A stretch of 64,000 nucleotides of DNA from an uncultured delta proteobacterium (GTDB taxonomy: Bacteria > Desulfobacterota > Binatia > UBA9968). Shown here in pieces: positions 9,071-19,357 of this stretch; within the stretch, counting starts at the first letter, position 1, and each line of letters begins with the position of its first letter. The position numbers and the translations under genes were made by a program. The stretch is taken from the NCBI GenBank assembly GCA_963804165.1, contig CAWDPO010000024.1, positions 32,001 to 96,000 of the forward strand, in the 5' to 3' direction. Below the pieces are notes generated by a model. The model had not been told where the DNA came from and did no database searches. It saw only the letters and a list, made by a program, of their open reading frames with translations.

Positions 9071-9922
9071 TCAGTTTGGAGAAACGACTTCCCAGCAGTT
9101 AGTGCCGGGATCCCGAAAACAGAACGAGGCGGTATCGTCAATTTCTTGCAGAGGAAACAGCTCGCTCACGCCGAGCTCTTTGCCCGATTCGTTGAACTCT
9201 CGATGAGCGTCCTTTACCGCGTCTTTCGAAACCACGGTCAGAGTATTGCGAAAGTTTGGCGAGAAAACCTTTGGATTCTCGCGCAGGGCGCAGACGATGT
9301 AAGTTTTCGTGCTTGGATGCTTCACGTAGATCACGTGACTGCTGAAGCGGTGCACTTCCAGGTTCAGAACCCTCGTGTAGAACTCTTTGTTGGCCTCCAA
9401 ATCGATCGCGACTAAAGTGCCGTGGGTAAACGCCTGCGGCACGTAGCCGCGCCCCGGAAAGCGTTCTTCCGGATAGATCTCTTCCCAGTGCGGCTTTTTT
9501 ACGCCGCCGAATTTTTGCGCCGCTGCCTCTTTGCGCGAAAAATCTTCGTAACATTCGATTTCCCAACCGTTGGTGCCCGGCTCGACGAAGTAGCAAGAAT
9601 AGGATCCATGGCTCCACGTCGGCTTGCCGATCGCGCCGAGCTTGTACTGCTGCTTATGCGCGGTCAGATACTCGTAGGCTTTGTCGACTTCCTCCGTCGT
9701 CATCACGCGCACGCCCCAGTGATTATGCATGGGTTTAGCGGCAGCGTCCTCCCCTGCTTCATGGAGCACCAATACCCAGGGAGAATTGGGATGTTTGAGG
9801 GTCGCTTCGTCCGGTTTTTCGGAAATTTTTTCAAACGCAAGCAACTCGGTCATCACCGCCATCGACTCCTGCAGATTGCGGCATTCCATGTGAGTCGCGG
9901 ATAGCGCGATGGGCTGAATCAT
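9071..9922 (-). CDS. Two-domain VOC (glyoxalase/dioxygenase) family protein
   Basis: Duplicated EPGTNGWEI / DPGTNCWEV motifs with His residues. Confidence 0.8.
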   Translation of the reverse strand: MIQPIALSATHMECRNLQESMAVMTELLAFEKISEKPDEATLKHPNSPWVLVLHEAGEDAAAKPMHNHWGVRVMTTEEVDKAYEYLTAHKQQYKLGAIGKPTWSHGSYSCYFVEPGTNGWEIECYEDFSRKEAAAQKFGGVKKPHWEEIYPEERFPGRGYVPQAFTHGTLVAIDLEANKEFYTRVLNLEVHRFSSHVIYVKHPSTKTYIVCALRENPKVFSPNFRNTLTVVSKDAVKDAHREFNESGKELGVSELFPLQEIDDTASFCFRDPGTNCWEVVSPN

Positions 9923-10029
9923 GGTGCTTCTCCTCAATTGATCGGCTGAATCCAAAGTCTAATGGCGAAATTTACAGCGGTCCGACCGGGGTGTCAAATT
10001 GACTCGTTCCAGACGGGAGTCTGGAACGA

Positions 10030-10108
10030 GTCATCCTGAGCCAAGCGAAGGACCTGCGGCTTTTCCGATTCAGTGGAGAGGACTTCGCCCTGAGCAAAGC
10101 GAAGGGTC
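10030..10108. repeat. Degenerate REP-like element (GTCATCCTGAGC..GCGAAGGA family)
   Basis: gtcatcctgagccaagcgaaggacct ... ccctgagcaaagcgaagggtct; related to 12382-12460. Confidence 0.6.
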
Positions 10109-10128
10109 TATGCTTTTCGAATCCATGC

Positions 10129-10157
10129 TTGACACACACAGGTGTTTTACTTAAATT
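10129..10157 (+). promoter_or_regulatory. Putative sigma70 promoter
   Basis: TTGACA-N17-TAAATT upstream of ATG 10186. Confidence 0.55.
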
Positions 10158-10185
10158 CGCGCAGCTTTGCGGTGAGAGGAGCGCG

Positions 10186-11214
10186 ATGACAATGAAAAAA
10201 AATCGGATCGTTGTGATTTTCGCTATCACCCTTTTCGTTCAACACCTGGCGAACGCTGCGCTCGCCCAGGAACCCTTTTACAAGGGCAAATCCATTCGCG
10301 TCGTCGTCGCCACTTCCGCCGGCGGCGGTTTCGACACCTATACCCGCACGATGACTCGGCATATGAGCAAATATATCCCGGGAAATCCCGCGTTCGTGGT
10401 CGAGAATATGCCGGGGGCCGGCCACCTGATCGGCGCCAATCATATGTACAAGGTCGCCAAGCCCGACGGCTTGACCATGGGGCATTTTCAAGGCGGGCTT
10501 TTTCTTTACCAGCTACTGGGTCGTCAGGGCATCGAGTTTGACGCCGCAAAGTTTCGTTTCATCGGCGCACCGGTGACCGACAACCGTGCCTGCGCCTTTA
10601 CCAAAACAAGCGGGATTACCAGCGTGGAACGCTGGCTGGCAGCAAAAACGCCGGTCAAGCTCGGCGGCATCGGCGGGGGAGCCACCGACGATATCCCGCG
10701 CATGTTGGCGGCAACCACCGCGTTGCCGCTGCAACTCGTCAGCGGTTACAAGGGAACGTCGGAGATTCGTCTGGCGGCTGAAAGCGGCGAGTTGGCCGGA
10801 GGGTGCTGGACCTGGGATTCGATCCGCGCCACCTGGACCAAAGCGATATCATCCGGCGACGCCGTCGTGGTATTGCAAATCCTTTCTAAGCCGCACCCGG
10901 AGCTGCCCAACGTACCGCTGGCATCCAAACTTGCCAAGAATGAGGAGGCACGCCAGCTGATTCAGGTGGGCATCGAAGAGCCTTCGGATTATTACAGGCC
11001 CTATCTCCTTCCTCCTGGAACGCCGAACGATCGCGTTGAAACGTTGCGCAAGGCCTTTCAGGAAACATTGAAAGATCCCGAGTTCCTCGCCGACGCGCAG
11101 AAAGCCAAGCTCGACATCGAACCGATCACCGGTGAGGAAATGGAAAAGATGCTCAGCAAGCTATTCAAGCTTAGCCCGCCGATCGTCGCCAAGCTGAAAG
11201 AGATTTTGAAGTAA
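10186..11214 (+). CDS. Bug/TctC-family tripartite tricarboxylate transporter substrate-binding protein
   Basis: AGGGFDTYTR, VENMPGAG, KPDGLT, GYKGTSE, DPEFLADA. Confidence 0.88.
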   Translation: MTMKKNRIVVIFAITLFVQHLANAALAQEPFYKGKSIRVVVATSAGGGFDTYTRTMTRHMSKYIPGNPAFVVENMPGAGHLIGANHMYKVAKPDGLTMGHFQGGLFLYQLLGRQGIEFDAAKFRFIGAPVTDNRACAFTKTSGITSVERWLAAKTPVKLGGIGGGATDDIPRMLAATTALPLQLVSGYKGTSEIRLAAESGELAGGCWTWDSIRATWTKAISSGDAVVVLQILSKPHPELPNVPLASKLAKNEEARQLIQVGIEEPSDYYRPYLLPPGTPNDRVETLRKAFQETLKDPEFLADAQKAKLDIEPITGEEMEKMLSKLFKLSPPIVAKLKEILK

Positions 11215-11290
11215 GCGATCTCGTTTGATCGACCAATTTGGTTTACAGGATCGCGGCGATCACAGCAGGGAAATAAAGACGAGAAAAAGC

Positions 11291-12316
11291 ATGAGACGAA
11301 TTCGTCGTATCGGTCTTATCGTTCTGGGCCTAGTTTTCTGCGCGGGCAATTCCGGCGCCATGGCCCAAACCAATTTCTATGAAGGCAAAACCGTCCGCAT
11401 TATCGTCGGCCTTGCCCCGGGCGGCGGCTACGACGTTTACGCCAGAACGATTGCCCGCCACATGGGCAAACATATTCCCGGTCATCCGAGTCTGGTCGTC
11501 GAGAACATGACCGGAGCAGGCAGCATTATTTCAGCCAACTATCTTTTCAAGATCGCCAAGCCCGACGGCCTCACCATCGGCCATTATCTCGGCGGCATTG
11601 CGCTGCAGCAGCTACTGGGCAAATCCGGAATAGAATTCGACGCGCTCAAATTCAAATATATCGGCGTGCCGGCGCAGGACAACTTTATTATCGGCGTGCA
11701 CAAATCCACCGGCATCACCGACGTGAACGCTTGGATCGCATCCAAACAAATGATCAAGTTCGGCGGTGTCGGCGCGGGTTCCGGCGCCGACGATATTCCC
11801 AAAATGCTCGCCGCTACGATCAACTTGCCGGCGCAAGTCGTCTCCGGTTACAAAGGCACGGCGGAAACGCGCCTCGCCTTCAACAACGGCGAAGTCCAAG
11901 CCACGAGCAACTCCTGGGAATCGACCAAATCGACTTGGCGCAACGAACTCGATTCGGGCAATCTAAAGGTCGTGCTGCAAGCGACGTTCAAAGCGCATCC
12001 TGAATTGCCCAACATCCCGGTCGCTTATAACATGGTCAAGTCCGACGAAGCGAAAAAGTTAATGGCGACCGTGCTGGGCGCCAACAGTCCGACGGTCCGG
12101 CCCTTCGTAGCGCCGCCGGCGACGCCCGCTGACCGCGTGCAAATCTTGCGCAAAGCTTACTCGGACACCATGAAAGATCCGGAATTTTTGGCGGAGGCAA
12201 AAAAGGCCAGGCTCGACATCGAACCCGCCGACGGCGCCGAACTGGAACAAAACGTACGCGAAATGTTCAAGCTCGAACCCGCGCTGATCAACAAGCTGAA
12301 AGAGATTCTGAAGTAG
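11291..12316 (+). CDS. Bug/TctC-family substrate-binding protein (tandem paralogue)
   Basis: PGGGYDVYAR, VENMTGAG, KPDGLT, GYKGTAE. Confidence 0.88.
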   Translation: MRRIRRIGLIVLGLVFCAGNSGAMAQTNFYEGKTVRIIVGLAPGGGYDVYARTIARHMGKHIPGHPSLVVENMTGAGSIISANYLFKIAKPDGLTIGHYLGGIALQQLLGKSGIEFDALKFKYIGVPAQDNFIIGVHKSTGITDVNAWIASKQMIKFGGVGAGSGADDIPKMLAATINLPAQVVSGYKGTAETRLAFNNGEVQATSNSWESTKSTWRNELDSGNLKVVLQATFKAHPELPNIPVAYNMVKSDEAKKLMATVLGANSPTVRPFVAPPATPADRVQILRKAYSDTMKDPEFLAEAKKARLDIEPADGAELEQNVREMFKLEPALINKLKEILK

Positions 12317-12381
12317 CGTAGCCTGAGCTACGACACATTCTTACTCTAAAGCACGCGAGAAGTGGTTCAATCCTCAGGGAT

Positions 12382-12460
12382 GTCATCCTGAGGCGAAGCC
12401 GAAGGATCTCGCCTTTGGCACACGACAAGCGGTCGAGATTCTCACTTCGTTCAGAATGAC
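12382..12460. repeat. REP-like palindromic element between convergent genes
   Basis: GTCATCCTGA...GGATCTCG / CGAGATTC...TCAGAATGAC inverted ends. Confidence 0.75.
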
Positions 12461-12500
12461 GGCGGTGTCGTTCCTCGGTCGCAATGCTGCCGGATGAACC

Positions 12501-13541
12501 TCACCTCGCTTTGTTAAAAATCTCGTTGAAGCGCGCCACGGTATCGGGGTAGTTTTCGATCATCCCCTCCGGCCGCGCCGGGTAGAGCTTCAATCCTTGA
12601 GTTAGCGTCGGAGGATCGGGCAAAATATCTGGTCGCGCCGGAATTCGGCGCAAGCCGCGCAGCAAATTTTGTCCTTCCTTCGACAGCGTGAAATCGACGA
12701 ACAGTTTCGCCGCGTTGGGGTGCGGCGCTTTCTCCGGAATTCCTATGGCATTGATCGCCGTGATCGTCGGTCCTTTAAATCTCACCCAGTCGATCGGCGC
12801 GCCGCTCGCTTTCATCCGCTCCACCCGGTTCGAATAAACCACCGTCGCCAGCGCGACCTCTCCGGCCGCGACCAGCTGAGCCAGCAGTGTATGGCCTGCG
12901 CGCATCTGGAGATTTTGGCCGGCAAATTTTTTCATAAAGTCGGAGCCCTTGTCTCGACCCAAAATCTGCATCCAGTGATAAAACCACTGGTACTCTTCGG
13001 TTTCCAGAGCGATCCATCCTTTCCATTTGGGGTTTAGCAGATCTTCGTAACTCGCCGGCGCGTCCTTTGGCGCCACCAGCCGCGTGTTGTAGCCGATGAC
13101 ATAGGGAATTTGATAGAGAGCGGTCCAGTATCCCTGCGGATCTTTGAAACCGTCCCGATAACCTGCGGCTTCCTCGGAAACGTATCGCCCCAGCAGCTTG
13201 AGGTTCTTTAGCTGATAAACTTGAATGATGCTTGCCTGAAACACGTCCGCAGTGTGCGTGTTGGCGCGGTGCTCGACGAGAAAGCGCGCCTGGATTTTTT
13301 CGCCGCTGGAACGAAAGATTTCAGATTTTATGAACGGATACTTTTTCGAGAATTCGTTCGTAAAAAGTGTTGCTTCCTCAGTCTCCATGCCGGCGTAAAG
13401 AACCAGCCGGCCTTCTCTTTTCGCCCCTTCGAGGATGCGCTCGCGCTCGGCGGAGGCGCCGATGGCAAGTTGATACTGCAGCACAACCAGGGAGAACAAT
13501 AATCCACGGACGCTGTGACGCGCCCGCTGCCGACGAACCAT
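12501..13541 (-). CDS. ABC transporter substrate-binding protein (AfuA/iron(III)-like, SBP_bac_6)
   Basis: YNTRLV..PASYEDLLNPKWKG, APHPNAAKLFVDFTLSKEGQ. Confidence 0.85.
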   Translation of the reverse strand: MVRRQRARHSVRGLLFSLVVLQYQLAIGASAERERILEGAKREGRLVLYAGMETEEATLFTNEFSKKYPFIKSEIFRSSGEKIQARFLVEHRANTHTADVFQASIIQVYQLKNLKLLGRYVSEEAAGYRDGFKDPQGYWTALYQIPYVIGYNTRLVAPKDAPASYEDLLNPKWKGWIALETEEYQWFYHWMQILGRDKGSDFMKKFAGQNLQMRAGHTLLAQLVAAGEVALATVVYSNRVERMKASGAPIDWVRFKGPTITAINAIGIPEKAPHPNAAKLFVDFTLSKEGQNLLRGLRRIPARPDILPDPPTLTQGLKLYPARPEGMIENYPDTVARFNEIFNKAR

Positions 13542-13634
13542 GTGGTTTTTCCTCTTTCGTTCGTTGCTGTGCCAAGCATAAACTCCGACGGCTTTGCCAT
13601 GTCAACCGGAAAATTGTCGGGAGCTCGCGAGCGA

Positions 13635-15021
13635 GGTAGCGTCAAGACTTGTGTGTAAATTTTAGGGGTAGCTGGAGCCAATTTTGATTCAAGTGATGAA
13701 ACACAGCGAAAACGATTCTTTGTAAGCTCTGGGTATGAGCCATCACACCCATCGGGCGAGTTCTTCGTCTGACTTCCCGAAACGCTCTTTCTATTAAGTT
13801 AGTGGTTCTCAATCGGCTCCACTGCTGTGAGTTCTTGATCTGAAAAAAGCTCAGGAGCTGATCGAAATCCTTCTTTAAGCAACCCACCGCTCTCGGATAA
13901 GCTTTTCTCCACCGCGCCGAGAATCGCCAGTAAGCCTGGGTCGCTTCTCGACGGTTGGCAGCATGGCTGATTCGGTTTAAAGCTTGCTTGACCGCCGGCT
14001 GATCTTTCTTTTTCACTTTGTCCAAGACGTTTCGGGTCTTATGGGCCCAGCAGCGCTGCAAAACGATCTTGGGATAGACGATCTGTAAAGCTTGATGGAG
14101 TCCCGTGCCGCCATCGGTGGCGATCAACTCACATGGGCTCCCCGTAAGTCCCCGTTTATACAGATCGGCTAAAAACGCTTCCCAGCACGCCCCCGATTCA
14201 CTGTGCGGGATAAAAATCAATCATCTCATGGCGGCCTTCCACCGTGATGCCGAAGGCACAAAGTAAGATCTTCTTTTGCACCTTGACCGCTCCTTTGCTC
14301 TTTAACACTACGCCATCGAAGAATAGATACTGATATTGATCCTTGAGCGCACGGCCGTGATAGCCACTGACCTCCTGGTCCAAATCCCGCGCGATGCGCG
14401 AAATCGTGGAGGCCGAGACCTTCTCTCCCAGCACAGGAGCCAGCACTGAGGCGGCTTTGCGCGTCGACAGCCCTAAACAAAAACAGGCCAACAACACCTT
14501 ATCGACCGAGCGGCAGCGCCGGGCATAGCGCTCAAAGAGCTTGGAAGGAAACTTTCCCCTACGGCATCTCGGCACTAAAAGCTCGATATCTCCCATCTCG
14601 GTCAACAGATGTCTTACATAGTGACCATTTCTATAATCGTGCCGATCCCTGGCATGCTCGTAGCGAGAGACTCCCAAATAATCCGCCATCTCTTGGTCCA
14701 AGCGGTTCTCCAAAAACTCCTTGAGAGCCTGGCGCGCCATCGGCTTAAAGTCTCCCTCCCATTCAAAACCGTTGATCTCCTTAATCGCGCGCGATACATT
14801 GCCGGCTGTTGCTGGCTCGAGCAGCATCGGGGTGCCCTCCTGATGTTTGTGTTGGTCGCACAACTCTGGAGTTAGCACCCCTTCTCTGTTTTCCCAATCA
14901 ACAAATGCCCTAGCTCTTACCCCTAACCATCTCCCGATCGTGCTGCTTCGGCCAAATCTGAAAGCCATTTTTCCCCATTCCCTCTCTCCCCACCCAATTT
15001 ACACACAATTCATACATCACC
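13635..15021 (-). mobile_element. IS256-family insertion sequence (~1.39 kb) with 9-bp target-site duplication
   Basis: Imperfect TIRs GGTAGCGTCAAGACTTGTGTGTAAATTT / GGTGATGTATGAATTGTGTGTAAATTG; direct repeat CGCGAGCGA at 13626-13634 and 15022-15030. Confidence 0.92.
13642..14827 (-). CDS. IS256 (Mutator-like) DDE transposase; frameshift near 14200
   Basis: YRNGHYVRHLLTEMGDIELLVPR, GLSTRK, FFDG, TDG, QRCWAHKTRN, RTTNLIERAFREVRRR. Confidence 0.9.
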
Positions 15022-15204
15022 CGCGAGCGAAGTAAACTTGACAACCAAGGTAGGGCTCTCTTATGGTTGGCAGGGAAAGCAGTTTAAAACTTTACCTGCG
15101 CTTTTGACGCTCTACGATGATGAAGTTGGACGGATAAATCTCGCGCTTTGCGGCGACTTCATGGGGTCGCGCCGTCTGGCGGTTGATTGCTCAGGGAGAA
15201 ATTC

Positions 15205-16378
15205 ATGCCTGACTTTAAACTCATCTCCGCCGACAGCCACGTCAACGAACCGCCCGCCGCTTGGGAGCGCGTGCAGAAAGAATACGGCGAGCGCGCGCCG
15301 AGAGTCGTTAAAGATCCTCCTGGCGTGCCCAAGGGCATCTGGCTGCTGATCGACGGCTTGCCGCCCGTGGGCCTGTCGCATTATTCGAAAGGTCTCGTCG
15401 TCAGCAAGAATCAGGGCATCTCCGAGGTCGAACAGGAAAAACATTTCGAAACCGTTCGTTTTAACGAGTCGTTCCGCTACGAAGATTACCCCGGTGGTTG
15501 GGAGCCCGCGGCGCGCACAAATGATCAGGACACCGACGGCATCGACGCGGAAATTCTCTTTTCTAGCGCCGTGCGCCAACTTTACAGCATCACCGACGAA
15601 CCGTTTCAGCGCGCTATTTTTCATTCCTACAACGCCTGGCTCCATGAATTTTGCAGCGTCAATCCAAAGAGATTGATCGGCCTGGCAACGCTATCGATAT
15701 TAGACATCGAACACACAGTGGCGGACATCCAGCGCTATGCCAAGCTCGGTTTTCGCGGCGTGCAAATTCCCACACGGATCAGAGACAGCGGCTACTACGA
15801 GCCGAAATACGAGCCCATCTGGGCGGCGCTAGAAGACAGCGGGATGGTCGTAAACGTGCACACGAGCGCCACCCAAGGTGTCGCCCGCACGCATTATGAA
15901 GGGCCGCGCGACATCGATCCTAAAAAACAAAGCCTCGGTTTCGCCACCAAACAAGCGCCGGCGCAGCAATTTCTCGGCAACATGATTTTATCCGGCGTCT
16001 TCGACCGCCATCCCAAGCTTAAAGTTGTCTGCGCGGAGTTCGACGTCGGTTGGGTGGCCAATCTCGTTCAGCAGGTCGACTATTGGTTCGGCCGCGACAG
16101 CACTTTCGACTCGGAGAGGAATATCAACAAGCTCCCGCCCAGCGAGTATTTCAAAAGGAATGCTTTCTTTACCTACCAAGACGACCGTGCCGGCGTGTTG
16201 ACGGCATCCGTCTACGGCGAAGACAATTTTCTCTGGGCCAGCGACTATCCGCACGGCGTGACGACGTGGCCCAACTCGAAAGCAACCGTCGACAGGAATT
16301 GCGCCGGCATTGATCCCACCGTCAAGCGCAAAATTGAACCGAGAGAATGCGGCTAAGCTTTATCGCTTGGCCGACTGA
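15205..16378 (+). CDS. Amidohydrolase_2 family metal-dependent hydrolase/decarboxylase (C-terminal frameshift ~16330)
   Basis: ISADSHVNEP, GVFDRHPKLKVVCAEFDVGW, WASDYPH; removing one A restores KLNRENAAKLYRLAD*. Confidence 0.88.
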
Positions 16379-16401
16379 TTCGAATATTCTAAGGAGACTC
16401 T

Positions 16402-16620
16402 ATGAAAATCACGATCGACCGAACCAAATGCGAAGGCTACGCCAAATGCATTCAAGCTTCGCCCAAAGTTTTCAAGCTCGACGCCAAGATGATCGCCGAA
16501 GTGATCGATTCCAACGCCGACACCGACGAAAAAATTACCCTCGCCGCGAAAATCTGCCCGACGAAAGCGATAAGCCTGGAAGAGGAAGGAACGGGCAAAA
16601 AGATTTTTCCGACTGAATAA
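16402..16620 (+). CDS. Small mono-cluster ferredoxin ([3Fe-4S]/[4Fe-4S])
   Basis: IDRTKCEGYAKC...P.VF...ICPTKAI. Confidence 0.85.
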   Translation: MKITIDRTKCEGYAKCIQASPKVFKLDAKMIAEVIDSNADTDEKITLAAKICPTKAISLEEEGTGKKIFPTE

Positions 16621-16856
16621 GCAGGATTGCTGGAGAAAACGTCTACATTCTCACGGCTGCACGTTATCAGAACATAGCAACGAGAATTTATCCTAACGGC
16701 GTCACCTCCGAATGTTTTAATCGGTGGCAGTCCGCGACTCCGGATTCCATAGAAACAACGGGAACGCCGAACTCTGTCGGGAATCAGCTTGATGATCCAA
16801 CCATCCCCCGCCAACGGGTAATAAAGCCAAGAAGCTGCTAATATGTTCAGGATTAT

Positions 16857-17414
16857 TTAAGATTTTGCATCCTGCTTGTCTCTCACCGCCTGCATCTCCT
16901 CCAAACATCCCGCGCACATGTAGGCCGCGTGCGGCAGAAAGATCAATTCATCGGTTTCCCGCGGCTCCATGCAAATGCCGCAAAGGCGACTTTCTTTTGC
17001 CTTGGCTTTGGCCGTTTTAGTCTTGGCTTTTTCGCTGGTGTCGACCTCTTGGGCAATGATGTTCTTGCAAAGCTCGACGCATTCGTCACAGATGTGCACC
17101 GACGGCCCGGCAACGAGTTTGCGTACCTCGCTTTGATTCTTGCCGCAAAATGAACACGAAGAATGTTTGGTGTCATCGTCGACTCTCGGAACGTGAGCAT
17201 CCCAATCCTCGCCCATCGCTTTCTTAAGCGTTTCTTCGAGCGCGCTTCCGATCTGGAACAATTGCCGGGCTATTTCTCCTCTTTTCGGCGGGCTCTTGGA
17301 ATCGAGAAATTTACCGACCGACTGCTGAAACTGCCGCAGCGCCGCGCCGTATCTCTGCTCACTCACCAAATCGGCGCACTCCACAAAACCAAACTTGGAC
17401 AGGGTTTTCGCCAT
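16857..17414 (-). CDS. ClpX C4-type zinc-finger domain protein (no ATPase domain)
   Basis: [30 protein letters not shown] plus a second CGIC...CAGC pair. Confidence 0.8.
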   Translation of the reverse strand: MAKTLSKFGFVECADLVSEQRYGAALRQFQQSVGKFLDSKSPPKRGEIARQLFQIGSALEETLKKAMGEDWDAHVPRVDDDTKHSSCSFCGKNQSEVRKLVAGPSVHICDECVELCKNIIAQEVDTSEKAKTKTAKAKAKESRLCGICMEPRETDELIFLPHAAYMCAGCLEEMQAVRDKQDAKS

Positions 17415-17728
17415 AGGCGTTTCTCCTAGTTTCCTTGTAAAAACCCAAAGCGTTGACGGTGCAAATGGAACGGCGATGAGGGTTTGAAATGAGCGCACCG
17501 CCTAAGAACCTTTTACACCCTAATGCGCACTACACTCAAACGGCGGGAATGACTAATCGGCCTGGGATTTTTTTCGGCGCCAGGAATTTTTCACAATCAA
17601 CGTCGTGAAGTGAGGATTCCTCGCCTCCATTCAACACACAACACAAGCGAGCCGAGCGAAGCCTTAGGTGTTAACTTCGTCGAATGATCACCGTTCGTTA
17701 GAGCTTAGAGACGATTACTGAAGCCGTT

Positions 17729-18546
17729 CTACACCCGCTGGACTTCCAGGTAGAGCAAACTGTGATCCGAGAAATCTTTGATCCACTGGTCCTTCGCCGC
17801 CGTGGTCGCTTGGTTTGTCCAGCCGCGCACGTCGACTTCAGCCTTGGTGTCGTCGGGGCGGGTGAACGATTTGAATTTAAGATGATTGAAGCGTAGACAT
17901 GGTCGAGATTGCTGTCGGGGATCGATGAGCCTGAGCCGTTGGACCAAGAAGCGTCGTGGATCTTAGCGAGCCTACGCATATCGTAGTATTGAGATGCCCG
18001 CATGTCCCATTTCTTGAGCTCGGTCACCACATTGATATCTCTCTGATACGGGTAATCCAAGCCCATCGTATTCAGGTCGCCGAGAAATAAGTAGTGGGCT
18101 TTGCCACCGGCCGCCGCATCGAGGGTTTTGCGAAACTTGATGGAGCGGATGGCCATGTCGTCGCGCAAACCGAAACCGCGCGGCTCATTATTGCTCGCTA
18201 GATGAAGGAAAAGAACGCAATAGGACACACCAGCAACAGTAAGGGTGACCAATAGTCCCGGTCGCATCGACGTGGTGCCCGATTTAAATTCGAGCTTTTG
18301 CGTGAAAAATGCCGAGATCGATGCGCGCACGCCGACGAGGATCTCCTGGCTTTCCTCACCTTCGGTGATTTGGAACGTGTAGCCGGGAAACTTCGCCGTA
18401 ACACTGGCGAAGATTTCTCTGCTCTCGTAAAGAGCCAATACGTCCGGATCCTGCAATGCGATATAAGCGACGACGCGATCGACGCGGCTCGCATCGTTCT
18501 TGAAATGCTCGACGTTCCATGACGCGATCGAAAAGGCTTTTGCCAT
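17729..18546 (-). CDS. Endonuclease/exonuclease/phosphatase (EEP) family protein; frameshift ~17880
   Basis: SWNVEHF, LGDLNTMG, LDHVY; continues in ORF 17729..17947 ending FSDHSLLY. Confidence 0.85.
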
Positions 18547-18608
18547 ACGGTTCTCTCATGTGACGAATGGTCTGTGCGGTGCAAACGGCCGGCAGGGCTT
18601 CGCAAGGT

Positions 18609-19355
18609 CTAAATCATAACGGTTCCGCAGTTGATATTATACGCTTGGCCGGTGATATACGCCGCCGCGTCGCTGGCGAGGAAAAGAATCGGGCCGGCGA
18701 TATCGTCGGGCTCGAGGACGCGGCCCAACGGTGTCGCCCGCAAACGCGCCATCGTTTCCTCTTCCGAGCGGTGGCGCCGCGGCATATCGGTATTGGCGGA
18801 GCCGGGGCAGATCGCGTTAACGGTGATACCGTCGGGACCGAGCTCCCGCGCCAACGCTTTAACGAAGCCGATGATTGCGGCTTTCGACGCAGCGTAGTCG
18901 GCGAACTCGCGGGCGCCGGTGTGGGCGATCGACGAGGCGATGCTGAGAATGCGACCGCTCTTTTGTCGGCGCATGGCCGGGACGAAGGCCCGCGCGCAGA
19001 GAAAATTGCCGCCCAAGTTAATATCGATTGTCCGATCCCAATCTTCCTCGCTCTTGTCGACGACCGGCGCTTTAAGATAGATGCCGGCATCGTTGACCAG
19101 GATATCGACACGACCGAAACGCTCCAGGGTCTGATCCGCAAGCCGTTTCACCGACGTCTCGCTGGCAACATTGACCTCGATTGCAATCGCGTCTGTTCCG
19201 AGGGCCTGCGCTTCATCCGCCACGCTCTTGGCTCTTTCGCCTTGCAAGTCTACGATGACAACTTTAGCCCCTTCGCGGCCCATGCCTAGTGCGATCGCCC
19301 GCCCGATGCCTTGAGCGCCGCCGGTAATCACCGCCACTTTGTTCCGCAAGCGCAT
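18609..19355 (-). CDS. Short-chain dehydrogenase/reductase (FabG-like)
   Basis: TGGAQGIG, NDAG, YAASK, NAICPG. Confidence 0.92.
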   Translation of the reverse strand: MRLRNKVAVITGGAQGIGRAIALGMGREGAKVVIVDLQGERAKSVADEAQALGTDAIAIEVNVASETSVKRLADQTLERFGRVDILVNDAGIYLKAPVVDKSEEDWDRTIDINLGGNFLCARAFVPAMRRQKSGRILSIASSIAHTGAREFADYAASKAAIIGFVKALARELGPDGITVNAICPGSANTDMPRRHRSEEETMARLRATPLGRVLEPDDIAGPILFLASDAAAYITGQAYNINCGTVMI

Positions 19356-19357
19356 GG

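Noticed and set aside
14198-14220. Programmed frameshift or Sec readthrough in the IS256 transposase
   Set aside because: IS256 transposases are single ORFs, the downstream part is in a different frame, and no slippery site with a stimulator is evident.
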